From an uncultured Clostridia bacterium (GTDB lineage Bacteria; Bacillota; Clostridia; TANB77; CAG-508): a stretch of DNA of 64,000 nt. The position numbers were made by a program, and so were the translations under genes. Below, in pieces: positions 8,132 to 16,534 of this stretch (within the stretch, counting starts at the first letter, position 1; each line of letters begins with the position of its first letter). The notes under the pieces were generated by a model that saw only the letters and a list, made by a program, of their open reading frames with translations, did not search any database and had not been told where the DNA came from. The DNA lies in contig CANQSV010000005.1 of NCBI GenBank assembly GCA_947626605.1, forward strand, positions 647 through 64,646, in the 5' to 3' direction.

Positions 8132-9370
8132 TTATTTGTTAAATTTTTTTAAAATTATTGTTGCATTATGTCCGCCAAATCCTAATGAATTTGACATTAC
8201 AATATTTAAGTCAGCTTTTCTAACTTCATTTGGTACTATATCTAAATCACATTCTTCATCTTTTTCTTTATAATTTATTGTTGGAGGAACTATTTTATCT
8301 TCAATTGCTTTAACGCAAAATACTGCTTCTATAGCTCCTGCTGCTCCTAATAGATGTCCTATATTTCCTTTTGTAGAACTTACCATTACTTTTTTACTAG
8401 CATCTCCTAAAGCTTTCTTTATTGCTAATGTTTCTGTTAAATCATTTAAATGTGTTGATGTACCATGAGCATTTATATAGTCAATTTCTTCTGGCTTTAT
8501 ATTTGCATCTTGAATTGCTCTAATCATTGCTTTTGCTCCTCCATTTCCTTCTGGATCTGGAGATGTTATATGATATGCATCAGAAGTTGAACCAAATCCT
8601 ATTACCTCAGCATAAATCTTTGCTCCTCTTTTTTTCGCATGTTCTAACTCTTCTAGTACTAACATAGCTGCTCCTTCTCCCATTACAAAGCCATTTCTTT
8701 CTTTATCAAATGGAATACTTGCTCTATTTTTATCTGTTGAATTTGATAATGCTTTCATATTTTCAAAACCTGCAATACCTACTTCACAAATTGATGCTTC
8801 TGTTCCACCTGCAATAATAGCATCTTCTGAACCATACTTTATTGTTTTATATGCTTCTCCTATACTATGTGTTGAAGATGCACATGCAGTAACTATTGCT
8901 ATTGATTCTCCTTTTACTCCTAATTCAATTGCTATATTTCCAGATGGCATATTTGCGATTGACATTGGAATAAACATAGGTGAAACTCTATTATTTCCTT
9001 TTAAACAGTTTACTTCACATTGCTCTTGTAAAGTATTTAAACCACCTATTCCTGAACTTACAAAAACTCCTACTCTATCTAAATCTGTATTTTCTGATGT
9101 TATTCCACTATCTTTAAAAGCTTCTCTAGCAGCAATAATTGCTAATAAAGATGATCTGTCAGTTCTTTTTATTTGCTTTGTCTCAAAATGCTCTGAAAAA
9201 TCTATATTTTTAACTTCTGCAGCTAAACTAGTTTTAAATCCTTCTGTATCAAATAAGGTAATCTTATCAATTCCACATTTTTTATTTTTTATTCCTTCCC
9301 ATGTTTCTTCAACATTGTTACCTATTGGAGTTATAGCTCCCATTCCAGTTATAACAACTCTTCTTTCCAT
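8132..9370 (-). CDS. fabF: 3-oxoacyl-ACP synthase II
   Basis: Active-site Cys in VTACASSTHSIG, plus HGTST and GHLLGAAG motifs. 412 aa. Confidence 0.9.
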   Translation of the reverse strand: MERRVVITGMGAITPIGNNVEETWEGIKNKKCGIDKITLFDTEGFKTSLAAEVKNIDFSEHFETKQIKRTDRSSLLAIIAAREAFKDSGITSENTDLDRVGVFVSSGIGGLNTLQEQCEVNCLKGNNRVSPMFIPMSIANMPSGNIAIELGVKGESIAIVTACASSTHSIGEAYKTIKYGSEDAIIAGGTEASICEVGIAGFENMKALSNSTDKNRASIPFDKERNGFVMGEGAAMLVLEELEHAKKRGAKIYAEVIGFGSTSDAYHITSPDPEGNGGAKAMIRAIQDANIKPEEIDYINAHGTSTHLNDLTETLAIKKALGDASKKVMVSSTKGNIGHLLGAAGAIEAVFCVKAIEDKIVPPTINYKEKDEECDLDIVPNEVRKADLNIVMSNSLGFGGHNATIILKKFNK

Positions 9371-9398
9371 TTTTTATATCTTCCTTTCTAATGTTTTT

Positions 9399-9547
9399 AT
9401 AACATCTCTATTGTTGTGTGCAATGCATACGCATTGCAATGAATATTTAATAGTTAATAATGAATAATTTATAATTTAAGATAAAAAATTGCACAGCAAT
9501 TTTTTTACATTAATTATTCACTATTCATCATTCATTATTCATTAATT
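9399..9547. repeat. Modules A-C-D in the fabG-fabF spacer
   Basis: ATAACATCTCTAT at 9399-9411. Hairpin TGCAATGCAtacGCATTGCA at 9419-9438. 107-bp D block at 9441-9547, nearly identical to 10356-10462. Confidence 0.85.
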
Positions 9548-10282
9548 TTACATAAGCATTCCACCATCAACATTAACCACCTGTCCCGTTATATATGAAC
9601 TTTCATCTGAAGCTAAGAACTTAACAAGATTTGCTACATCTTCTACTTTTCCCATTCTTTTTAAAGGTATTGTTTTAGCTATATTTTCTTTTTGATCTTC
9701 TTTTAATACTTCTGTCATCTTAGTTTCTATAAAGCCTGGTGCTACTGCATTTACTAGTATATTTCTACTAGCTACTTCTTTTGCTAAGCTTTTTGTGAAT
9801 CCTATTATTCCTGCTTTGGATGCTGAATAATTAGTTTGTCCTGCATTTCCCGCTATTCCAACAACTGATGATATATTTATTATTCTTCCTTGCTTTGCTT
9901 TCATCATATAATTAATTACATTTTTAGTTACATTAAAAGTTCCAACTAAATTTGTGGTTATAACATCATTAAAATCTTCTGGCTTCATTCTCATAAGTAA
10001 TCCATCTCTTGTTATTCCTGCATTATTAACTAATACATCGATCTGTCCATATTCTTCGATTATTTCTTTTACAAATCTTTCTGCATCTTCATATTTTGAT
10101 ACGTCTCCTTGAACTGTTAGACATTTTACCCCTTTTTCTTCTATTTCTTTTTTCGCTTTTTGTAATTCTTCATTATTTCTTCTATAGTTGATTGCTATAT
10201 CAAAACCTGCTTCTGCAAGTGTTAATGCAATTTGTTTTCCGATTCCTCTAGTTGCTCCTGTTATTAATGCTGTTTTATTCAT
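9548..10282 (-). CDS. fabG: 3-oxoacyl-ACP reductase
   Basis: TGATRGIG, NNAG and YSASKAG SDR motifs. The start MNKTALITG at 10282 follows AAGAAAGGAA. The upstream ORF extension runs into a repeat hairpin. Confidence 0.9.
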   Translation of the reverse strand: MNKTALITGATRGIGKQIALTLAEAGFDIAINYRRNNEELQKAKKEIEEKGVKCLTVQGDVSKYEDAERFVKEIIEEYGQIDVLVNNAGITRDGLLMRMKPEDFNDVITTNLVGTFNVTKNVINYMMKAKQGRIINISSVVGIAGNAGQTNYSASKAGIIGFTKSLAKEVASRNILVNAVAPGFIETKMTEVLKEDQKENIAKTIPLKRMGKVEDVANLVKFLASDESSYITGQVVNVDGGMLM

Positions 10283-10303
10283 ATTTATAATCATTCCTTT
10301 CTT

Positions 10304-10462
10304 GCGGGCGACCATTGGTCGCCCCTACGTGTGTGCAATGCATTCGCATTGCAATGAATATTTAATAGTTAATAATGAATAATTTATAATTTAAGATAAA
10401 AAATTGCACAGCAATTTTTTTACATTAATTATTCACTATTCATTATTCATTATTCATTAATT
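10304..10462. repeat. Modules B-C-D in the fabD-fabG spacer, extending about 20 nt into the fabD 3' end
   Basis: gcGGGCGACCattGGTCGCCCCTACg at 10304-10329. Hairpin TGCAATGCAttcGCATTGCA at 10334-10353. D block at 10356-10462. Confidence 0.85.
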
Positions 10463-11381
10463 TAACTACTTCTTCTAATGATTTTACATCGCTAATATTT
10501 AAGTTTGTTATTTCTTTTTCTGTAGGTGTTCTTTTTACAAAGCCTGATAATGTTTTTCCTGGTCCTACTTCTATAAATGTATCTATACCATTTTCCAGCA
10601 TTGTATTTATTGTTTTTGCAAACCTCACTGGGCTTATTATGTGTTTTGCTAAAATATCTTTAACATCATCTTTTTCCGTATAAGGTTCTCCATCAATATT
10701 TTTTATAACCTTTGTATTAAATTTTCTTACATCTATTTTTTCTAATTCTTTTCTTAATGCATTTGAACTATCTGTTAACTTTTCTGTATGGAATGGTCCT
10801 GCTGTTTTTAGTACTCTAACTTTTTTTGCTCCCATTTCTTTTGCAATTATTTCAGCTTCTTCTACACCAGACTTTTCTCCTGAAATTGCAATTTGACCTA
10901 TGCAATTATAATTTGCTGGAACTACAAATCCATTTTTTACTCTTTTACAAACATCTTCTACTTGTTCTTCTGTCATTCCCATTACTGCTGCCATTAGCCA
11001 TTCTCCTGATGGTACTAACTCTTGCATATATTCTCCTCTTTTTTGTACAAGCTTTATTCCTTGTTCAAAATCAATAGCTTTACTATATATAAGAGCTGAA
11101 TATTCTCCTAAGCTTAAACCTGCTGATATTTCTGCCTCTATTTTATTTTCTTTCAAAACTTCTAATATTGCTAAACTCATTGTTAATATTGCTAATTGTG
11201 TATATTTAGTTTGATTTAACTCCTCTTCTGGTCCTTCAAAAGAAATTTTGGCTATATCTACTCCTGTTAATTCTTTTACTTTATCATACACTTTTCTAGC
11301 TGAGTCATATTCTTCATAAATATCCTTTCCCATTCCAACGCTTTGAGCTCCTTGTCCTGGAAATAAAAATCCTATTTTCAT
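10443..11381 (-). CDS. fabD: Malonyl-CoA:ACP transacylase
   Basis: FPGQGAQ and GLSLGEYSAL motifs. The ATG at 11381 lies one nt after the upstream stop codon (11383-11385). The ORF-track TTG at 11393 has no spacing from the SD. Confidence 0.9.
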   Translation of the reverse strand: MKIGFLFPGQGAQSVGMGKDIYEEYDSARKVYDKVKELTGVDIAKISFEGPEEELNQTKYTQLAILTMSLAILEVLKENKIEAEISAGLSLGEYSALIYSKAIDFEQGIKLVQKRGEYMQELVPSGEWLMAAVMGMTEEQVEDVCKRVKNGFVVPANYNCIGQIAISGEKSGVEEAEIIAKEMGAKKVRVLKTAGPFHTEKLTDSSNALRKELEKIDVRKFNTKVIKNIDGEPYTEKDDVKDILAKHIISPVRFAKTINTMLENGIDTFIEVGPGKTLSGFVKRTPTEKEITNLNISDVKSLEEVVKLMNNE

Positions 11382-11382
11382 A

Positions 11383-11958
11383 TTACTTACCAATCCTTTT
11401 TAAAAATTTTTCTTCGAAGCAATTACAAAACTCTGTAATTATCTCTCCGGCATCAATTTCTACATTAAATTCTTCTTTAATTGATGATGCTATATCTTTT
11501 ATTTCATTATTAAATTCTTTTTGGCATGTATTTATTCCTATACCTATTATTAAGAATCTTACTTCTTCTCCAATTATTTTACTTTCAGTTAATATTCCTC
11601 CAATTTTTTTATTATTAAACATTAAATCATTCGGAAATTTTATTTCCAGTTTAATATTGTATTTTTCTTTGATTATATCAACTAAAGTTTCTGCTATTTC
11701 TATTGTTATTCCTTCTATCTTCTTTATATTGCAATTAGCTTCTATATAGAAAGAAAAAGCTATATTGTTTTCCATGTCTGTATACCATTTCCTGCCATGC
11801 GTTCCTAATCCATTAGTTTGTATACCTGCCATTACTAAAGTTCCATTTGCAATATTTTTCTTAGTTAATCTCCATATCTCACTTTGAGTAGAATCGATTT
11901 TTTCATAATATAAATTATTTTTTCCTAAGAACTTAGTTTTTAGATTTTTCAATTTCAT
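11383..11958 (-). CDS. Biotin-protein ligase catalytic-domain protein (short BirA-like, no HTH)
   Basis: GLGTHGRKWYTD resembles the BirA GRGRxGRxW biotin-binding loop. It is 191 aa and embedded in the acc/fab operon. Confidence 0.6.
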   Translation of the reverse strand: MKLKNLKTKFLGKNNLYYEKIDSTQSEIWRLTKKNIANGTLVMAGIQTNGLGTHGRKWYTDMENNIAFSFYIEANCNIKKIEGITIEIAETLVDIIKEKYNIKLEIKFPNDLMFNNKKIGGILTESKIIGEEVRFLIIGIGINTCQKEFNNEIKDIASSIKEEFNVEIDAGEIITEFCNCFEEKFLKRIGK

Positions 11959-13651
11959 CTATATTATCCTGCCTTTTAATTTTATTTGTAGACGTTTTTA
12001 TTAATGGTTCTTCTGAAAAAATTAAACCTTTTATAGCTTTATACTGAGGCATTGTTCTGTTTATTTCTTTTACTTTCAAGCGTAAAGCATTCTGAATTTC
12101 TTCATCACTTTCTACCTTATATGCATCTTTAACTATCTCTCTATCGAAAATTATTTTTGCATTTAGTTTTATATTATCTTTATCATCTGATGTTACTTTT
12201 CCAAATACCAATGATTCTACTACACCTTCAATTTTATTTAACAAGTTTTCCATTTCTTCTGGGAATATGTTCTTTCCATTTTTTAGGACTATAACACTCT
12301 TTTTTCTTCCTCTGATAAATATGTAACCATCATCATCTATTTGTGCTAAATCTCCTGTATGAAACCATCCATCAATAACAGCTTCTTTCGTTGCTTGTCT
12401 ATTACCATAATACTCAATCATTACACTTGGTCCCTTAACAGCTAGTTCTCCTATTCCTTCACTATTTGCATCAACTATTTTAGCTTGAATGCTAGGAACT
12501 GCTTTTCCTATTGAACCCAATCTATAATTTTTCTTTGTTCCCATACCTACAACTGGGGACGTTTCTGTTAAGCCATATCCCTGAACCATATTAAATCCTA
12601 AAATTCTATATTTTTCTTCAATTTTGGGATCTAATGCAGCGGCACCACTTATTAGTAATTTTATATTTCCACCAAGCATATCATGTATTTCCTTAAAAGC
12701 TTCTTTTCTTTCTTCCATTGTAGCTGTTTTATATTTTTCTTCATAATCTAATACTTCTTGTAGCCTTCCTTGTTTTTCTATATCTTTTTTTATTATTTTG
12801 AATATTCTCTCATATATTGCTGGGACACATGCCATAACAGATACTTTGTATTCTCTTAAATTTTCTGTAATATGCCTTAATCCATCACAAAAGACTGTTT
12901 GTGCTCCATTATATAGAGCAAAAAGAAATCCTACTGTACATTCAAAAACATGATGTATTGGTAAAATTGATAGGAATATATCATTTGAATCTATATCTAA
13001 TATCTTTTTTAAATCCATTAAATTAGTACAAATATTTTTATGTGATAAAGCTACTACTTTAGAAGCTGACGTTGTTCCTGATGTAAATAGCATTATACTC
13101 ATCTTTTCTGGGTTTATCTTACTATTTATAAATTCTTTATTTCCTAAAGATACAAGTTTTTTCCCGTTTTCTATTAATTCTTTTTGAGAATATATTCCAT
13201 TTCTATGTATGTCAATATCCATAGAAATTAAATGTTTTAATTTTCCAATTCCTAAGTTTTTTATTTTTTCTAATGTTTGCTCATACTTACTAGAGAAAAA
13301 TATTGCCTCTACGCCTGAGCGTTCAATTACTGATTTCAATTCATTTTCTGGCAATGATTTATCAAATGGTACAACAATACCTGTTCCACATACTATTGAT
13401 AAATAGGCAATTTCCCATTCATATCTATTTTCGCCTATTACTGCAATTCTTTTACCTTTAAGTCCCATATTTATTAAAGCAGTTCCTAAACCATCTATCA
13501 TTTCTCGAACTTCTTTATGCGTAATTACTTTGTAATTTTCTTTTTCTATTCTTATCTTATAAGCCGGTCTATCATTATATAGTTCTTTTGTTTTATTTAA
13601 CATGTCTTTTAAATCTGTAATATTCATGTAGTCATTAAATTCTGCTGACAT
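11933..13651 (-). CDS. AMP-dependent long-chain fatty-acid ligase (acyl-CoA or acyl-ACP synthetase family)
   Basis: AMP-binding motif TSGTTSASKVVALSHKN plus GYGLTETS and HTGDL motifs. The ATG at 13651 lies 7 nt after AAAGGAG. Confidence 0.8.
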   Translation of the reverse strand: MSAEFNDYMNITDLKDMLNKTKELYNDRPAYKIRIEKENYKVITHKEVREMIDGLGTALINMGLKGKRIAVIGENRYEWEIAYLSIVCGTGIVVPFDKSLPENELKSVIERSGVEAIFFSSKYEQTLEKIKNLGIGKLKHLISMDIDIHRNGIYSQKELIENGKKLVSLGNKEFINSKINPEKMSIMLFTSGTTSASKVVALSHKNICTNLMDLKKILDIDSNDIFLSILPIHHVFECTVGFLFALYNGAQTVFCDGLRHITENLREYKVSVMACVPAIYERIFKIIKKDIEKQGRLQEVLDYEEKYKTATMEERKEAFKEIHDMLGGNIKLLISGAAALDPKIEEKYRILGFNMVQGYGLTETSPVVGMGTKKNYRLGSIGKAVPSIQAKIVDANSEGIGELAVKGPSVMIEYYGNRQATKEAVIDGWFHTGDLAQIDDDGYIFIRGRKKSVIVLKNGKNIFPEEMENLLNKIEGVVESLVFGKVTSDDKDNIKLNAKIIFDREIVKDAYKVESDEEIQNALRLKVKEINRTMPQYKAIKGLIFSEEPLIKTSTNKIKRQDNIDEIEKSKN

Positions 13652-13688
13652 AATTTTACTCCTTTGCATTAACCAAATTTTATTTATA

Positions 13689-13734
13689 TTTATATCATAT
13701 TTTTTTTCAAAAGTCTTTAGACTGACTGGTCAGT
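13689..13734 (-). promoter_or_regulatory. Candidate fab-operon promoter (extended -10 TGaTATAAA) with an upstream 14-bp perfect palindrome ACTGACTGGTCAGT
   Basis: -10 at 13689-13694 with TG at 13696-13697. Palindrome at 13721-13734 with partly complementary flanks (TTTAG / TTTAAAG). No good -35. Confidence 0.3.
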
Positions 13735-13751
13735 TTTAAAGTAAAAAAAGA

Positions 13752-13843
13752 AATGGTAGAGATGTTTCTTTTTTAATTGTATTTTTTATTAACATCTCTA
13801 CCATTATTATGTTATGCGGGTCGTCGGGACGCCGACCCCTACA
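13752..13843. repeat. Repeat modules A(-), A(+), B(+)
   Basis: AATGGTAGAGATGTT at 13752-13766 pairs with AACATCTCTACCATT at 13791-13805. gcGGGTCGtcgggacgcCGACCCCTACA at 13816-13843. Confidence 0.8.
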
Positions 13844-13878
13844 GGCTCTATATTTTATTTTTCATTAAATTAACATTT

Positions 13879-14439
13879 TTATTTGTTTTTTAACCATTTT
13901 TCATATTCATTTTTTATGATATCTTTTACTTGCTCTGGTGTAAGTTTCGTTGTATCTACTACTAAATCATAATTAGACATATCATCTTTTCTTACTCCAT
14001 ATAATTGAAAAAATCTTTCATTTTCTAATTTGAATCTTCTAATTATATCGGCTTTATGTTCTTCTTTTGTTTCAAAAGATTCTGTATCTTTTCTATTATT
14101 ATCTCCAAAAGCTCTTTGTACAGCTGTATCTATATCTACTTTCATGTAGACTTTAAATGAATCTGGTATTGCATACCATCCAAGTCTTGCATCTACAATT
14201 AGATTATCGTGGTTTTCAGCATACTTTGCTGCACTATTTTCAATTTCTCTATCTATTTCTGGATGATCTTTTAAATATTCATTATAACTAGTGATACTTA
14301 ATCCTTTTTCTTTAGCTAGTTTACGCACATAATCGCCATTTTTATAAATTTCGTATTGTAATTCTTCACTTAATAATGCTGATACTGTTCCCTTACCACT
14401 AGCTAAATCACCTGCTAATGTTATGATTTTTCTTTTCAT
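13879..14439 (-). CDS. P-loop nucleotide kinase, cytidylate-kinase-like family
   Basis: Walker A GDLASGKGT. The size and layout are those of (d)CMP-kinase-like proteins. It lacks guanylate-kinase signature motifs. Confidence 0.55.
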   Translation of the reverse strand: MKRKIITLAGDLASGKGTVSALLSEELQYEIYKNGDYVRKLAKEKGLSITSYNEYLKDHPEIDREIENSAAKYAENHDNLIVDARLGWYAIPDSFKVYMKVDIDTAVQRAFGDNNRKDTESFETKEEHKADIIRRFKLENERFFQLYGVRKDDMSNYDLVVDTTKLTPEQVKDIIKNEYEKWLKNK

Positions 14440-14465
14440 TGATAAAGTTCCTACCTTACTATAAT

Positions 14466-14693
14466 TTATTCTTCGTTCTCTTTATTTTCTTCTGTATCTT
14501 CGTTCTCTTCAATAAAAACTTTTCCTTCATCAATTTCCACAGCTGCTAATGTTACCATTGAATCTTCTTTTTTCTTTGTTAATGGCTCAGCTCCTTCTGC
14601 TAATTGTCTTGCTCTTTTAGATGTAGCTATAACTAATTCATATCTGCTTCCTATTTTTTTTAATAATTCTGTAACTGGTGGTTTTACCATCAT
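14466..14693 (-). CDS. rpoZ: DNA-directed RNA polymerase omega subunit
   Basis: SRYELVIATSKRARQL motif, 75 aa, conserved neighbourhood. Confidence 0.85.
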   Translation of the reverse strand: MMVKPPVTELLKKIGSRYELVIATSKRARQLAEGAEPLTKKKEDSMVTLAAVEIDEGKVFIEENEDTEENKENEE

Positions 14694-14732
14694 TTTTTAT
14701 TCCCCCATTCTCTAAAATGTATTAAATCTATA

Positions 14733-14993
14733 TTATTCTTCCTTTGTTAGTTCCATATCATCTTTATCTAACCTACTAGCAACAGTTTCTGGTTGGACTG
14801 CTGATAATACTACATGTCCAGAATCCATAATAATAACTGCTCTTGTTCTTCTTCCATACGTTGCATCTATTGCCACTCCTTTATCCTTGGCTTCTTGTAC
14901 CAATCTTTTTATTGGTGCTGATTCAGGACTTACTATTGAAATTATTCTGTTTGCAGAAACAATATTTCCAAATCCTATATTAATTAATTGCAT
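14733..14993 (-). CDS. remA: RemA/DUF370 family regulator
   Basis: [49 protein letters not shown] is typical of RemA (YlzA). Confidence 0.85.
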   Translation of the reverse strand: MQLINIGFGNIVSANRIISIVSPESAPIKRLVQEAKDKGVAIDATYGRRTRAVIIMDSGHVVLSAVQPETVASRLDKDDMELTKEE

Positions 14994-15005
14994 AAAACTA
15001 CTCCT

Positions 15006-15881
15006 TTATTCCAAATTTTGAACTTGCTCCCTGATGTCTTCTAATTCAGTTTTTACATCTATAACTAGATTAGTTATATTTAAACTTCCAGATTTCGAAC
15101 CTATTGTATTAATTTCTCTATTCATTTCTTGAATTATAAAATCTAATTTTTTTCCCACAACAGAACTATTTGTTAATATATCATTAAATTGTGATATATG
15201 ACTTCTTAATCTTGTTAGTTCCTCTTGTATTGAAGTTTTATCTGCAAATATTACAACTTCTTGTGCCAATCTTGTCTCATCTACAACATCAACCTTTAGC
15301 ATTTCTTTTATACGTGCCTCTAATTTTACTACATATTCATCAATAAGTCCAGTAGAATATTCTGAAATTTTCTCAACTTTTATTTGTATATTGTTTATTC
15401 TTTCCTTTAAATCTTGAGATATTCTTTTTCCTTCTGTTTCTTTCATTGAAGTAAAATTTTCTATAGCTTCATTTAAGGGAATTTCTATTTCAGACATAAT
15501 TAATTCTTCATCATCTTCATTTTGTATAGTTAATACATCTGGCATTTTTGAAATATCTATAGTTCTAAAATTAGATTCTATTCCTGTTTCTTCTGCCAGT
15601 TTTTTTAATTCATCAATATATATTTTTGCTATCTCATTATTTATTTTGATATTTTTACCTTTTGAGCTATTATTAACAAAAGAAATGAAAACATCTACTT
15701 TTCCTCTTGAGATATTTTTTGAAACTTCACTTTTTATTTTTTCTTCTAAATAACTGATGTTTCGTGGTAATTTAACTGATACATCAGAATATTTATAATT
15801 TACTGATTTTAGTTCAATCTGATATTCTCTTCCTTCTTTTTCATATTTTGCTCGACCAAATCCTGTCATACTTCTTGGCAT
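15006..15881 (-). CDS. yicC: YicC-family stress-induced protein (endoribonuclease YicC/YloC)
   Basis: MTGFGRA start and C-terminal DFIIQEMNREINTIGSK motif. 291 aa. Confidence 0.85.
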   Translation of the reverse strand: MPRSMTGFGRAKYEKEGREYQIELKSVNYKYSDVSVKLPRNISYLEEKIKSEVSKNISRGKVDVFISFVNNSSKGKNIKINNEIAKIYIDELKKLAEETGIESNFRTIDISKMPDVLTIQNEDDEELIMSEIEIPLNEAIENFTSMKETEGKRISQDLKERINNIQIKVEKISEYSTGLIDEYVVKLEARIKEMLKVDVVDETRLAQEVVIFADKTSIQEELTRLRSHISQFNDILTNSSVVGKKLDFIIQEMNREINTIGSKSGSLNITNLVIDVKTELEDIREQVQNLE

Positions 15882-16525
15882 TTAAAATCCTCCTTATTAT
15901 ACTCTTCACTTAATATCTCTGTTACATCGCTCATTCTTTTTAAAAACTTTTCTCGCGTATAAATGAAAATTATTATAGATTTAACAATGTAATATACTCC
16001 AAAAGATATTGATATTAATCCCACTATTAAAGTAAATCTTGAATGAAAAACTGTATAAAAATATGGGAAAAATAGGTTGGTTATGGACAATACCAAACAT
16101 TCAATACTATGAGTCATCAATCTTGTATTTTTCTTTCTATATGACATTTCCATCAATATGATTGTTAACAAAAATAAGCAACCGCTAAATACCTTTAAGT
16201 CTATTTCAAAAATAACCTTCTCAATATTAAAGAATCCTATTATGATAAAAAATAAGTAAGCCATAATAATTACTGATACTGTTAGATTTCCAAAAATACT
16301 AGAATATACTTTCTTCATTATTTCTTTTGGAATCTTTTTGTTATTACTTATTGTTTGTAGCATTTTTTCTATATTTTCTTTTTTATTTTCTTCTTCCTTA
16401 TTTGTATTTTCTATTTTTATATCTTCTCTTATTTTTTTTATTTCTTTAATTTCCATATCTTCTTCATCATCTTTAAAAAATTCTTCTATTTCTTTTTGCA
16501 CATCATTTTCTTTTTTCTTTGGCAT
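15866..16525 (-). CDS. Hypothetical membrane protein (charged N-terminus, about 4 TM segments)
   Basis: ORF with SD AGGAGGA upstream. Hydrophobic segments follow a K/E-rich N-terminus. Confidence 0.6.
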   Translation of the reverse strand: MPKKKENDVQKEIEEFFKDDEEDMEIKEIKKIREDIKIENTNKEEENKKENIEKMLQTISNNKKIPKEIMKKVYSSIFGNLTVSVIIMAYLFFIIIGFFNIEKVIFEIDLKVFSGCLFLLTIILMEMSYRKKNTRLMTHSIECLVLSITNLFFPYFYTVFHSRFTLIVGLISISFGVYYIVKSIIIFIYTREKFLKRMSDVTEILSEEYNKEDFKCQEV

Positions 16526-16534
16526 ATTTTCCTC

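Noticed and set aside
9441-9547. The module-D centre (TTGCTGTGCAA plus TATAAA-like sequence on the minus strand) considered as an internal promoter for fabF or fabG.
   Set aside because: The hexamers and spacing (about 20 nt) are poor. The AT-rich background makes such matches frequent. It is left as an untested possibility only.
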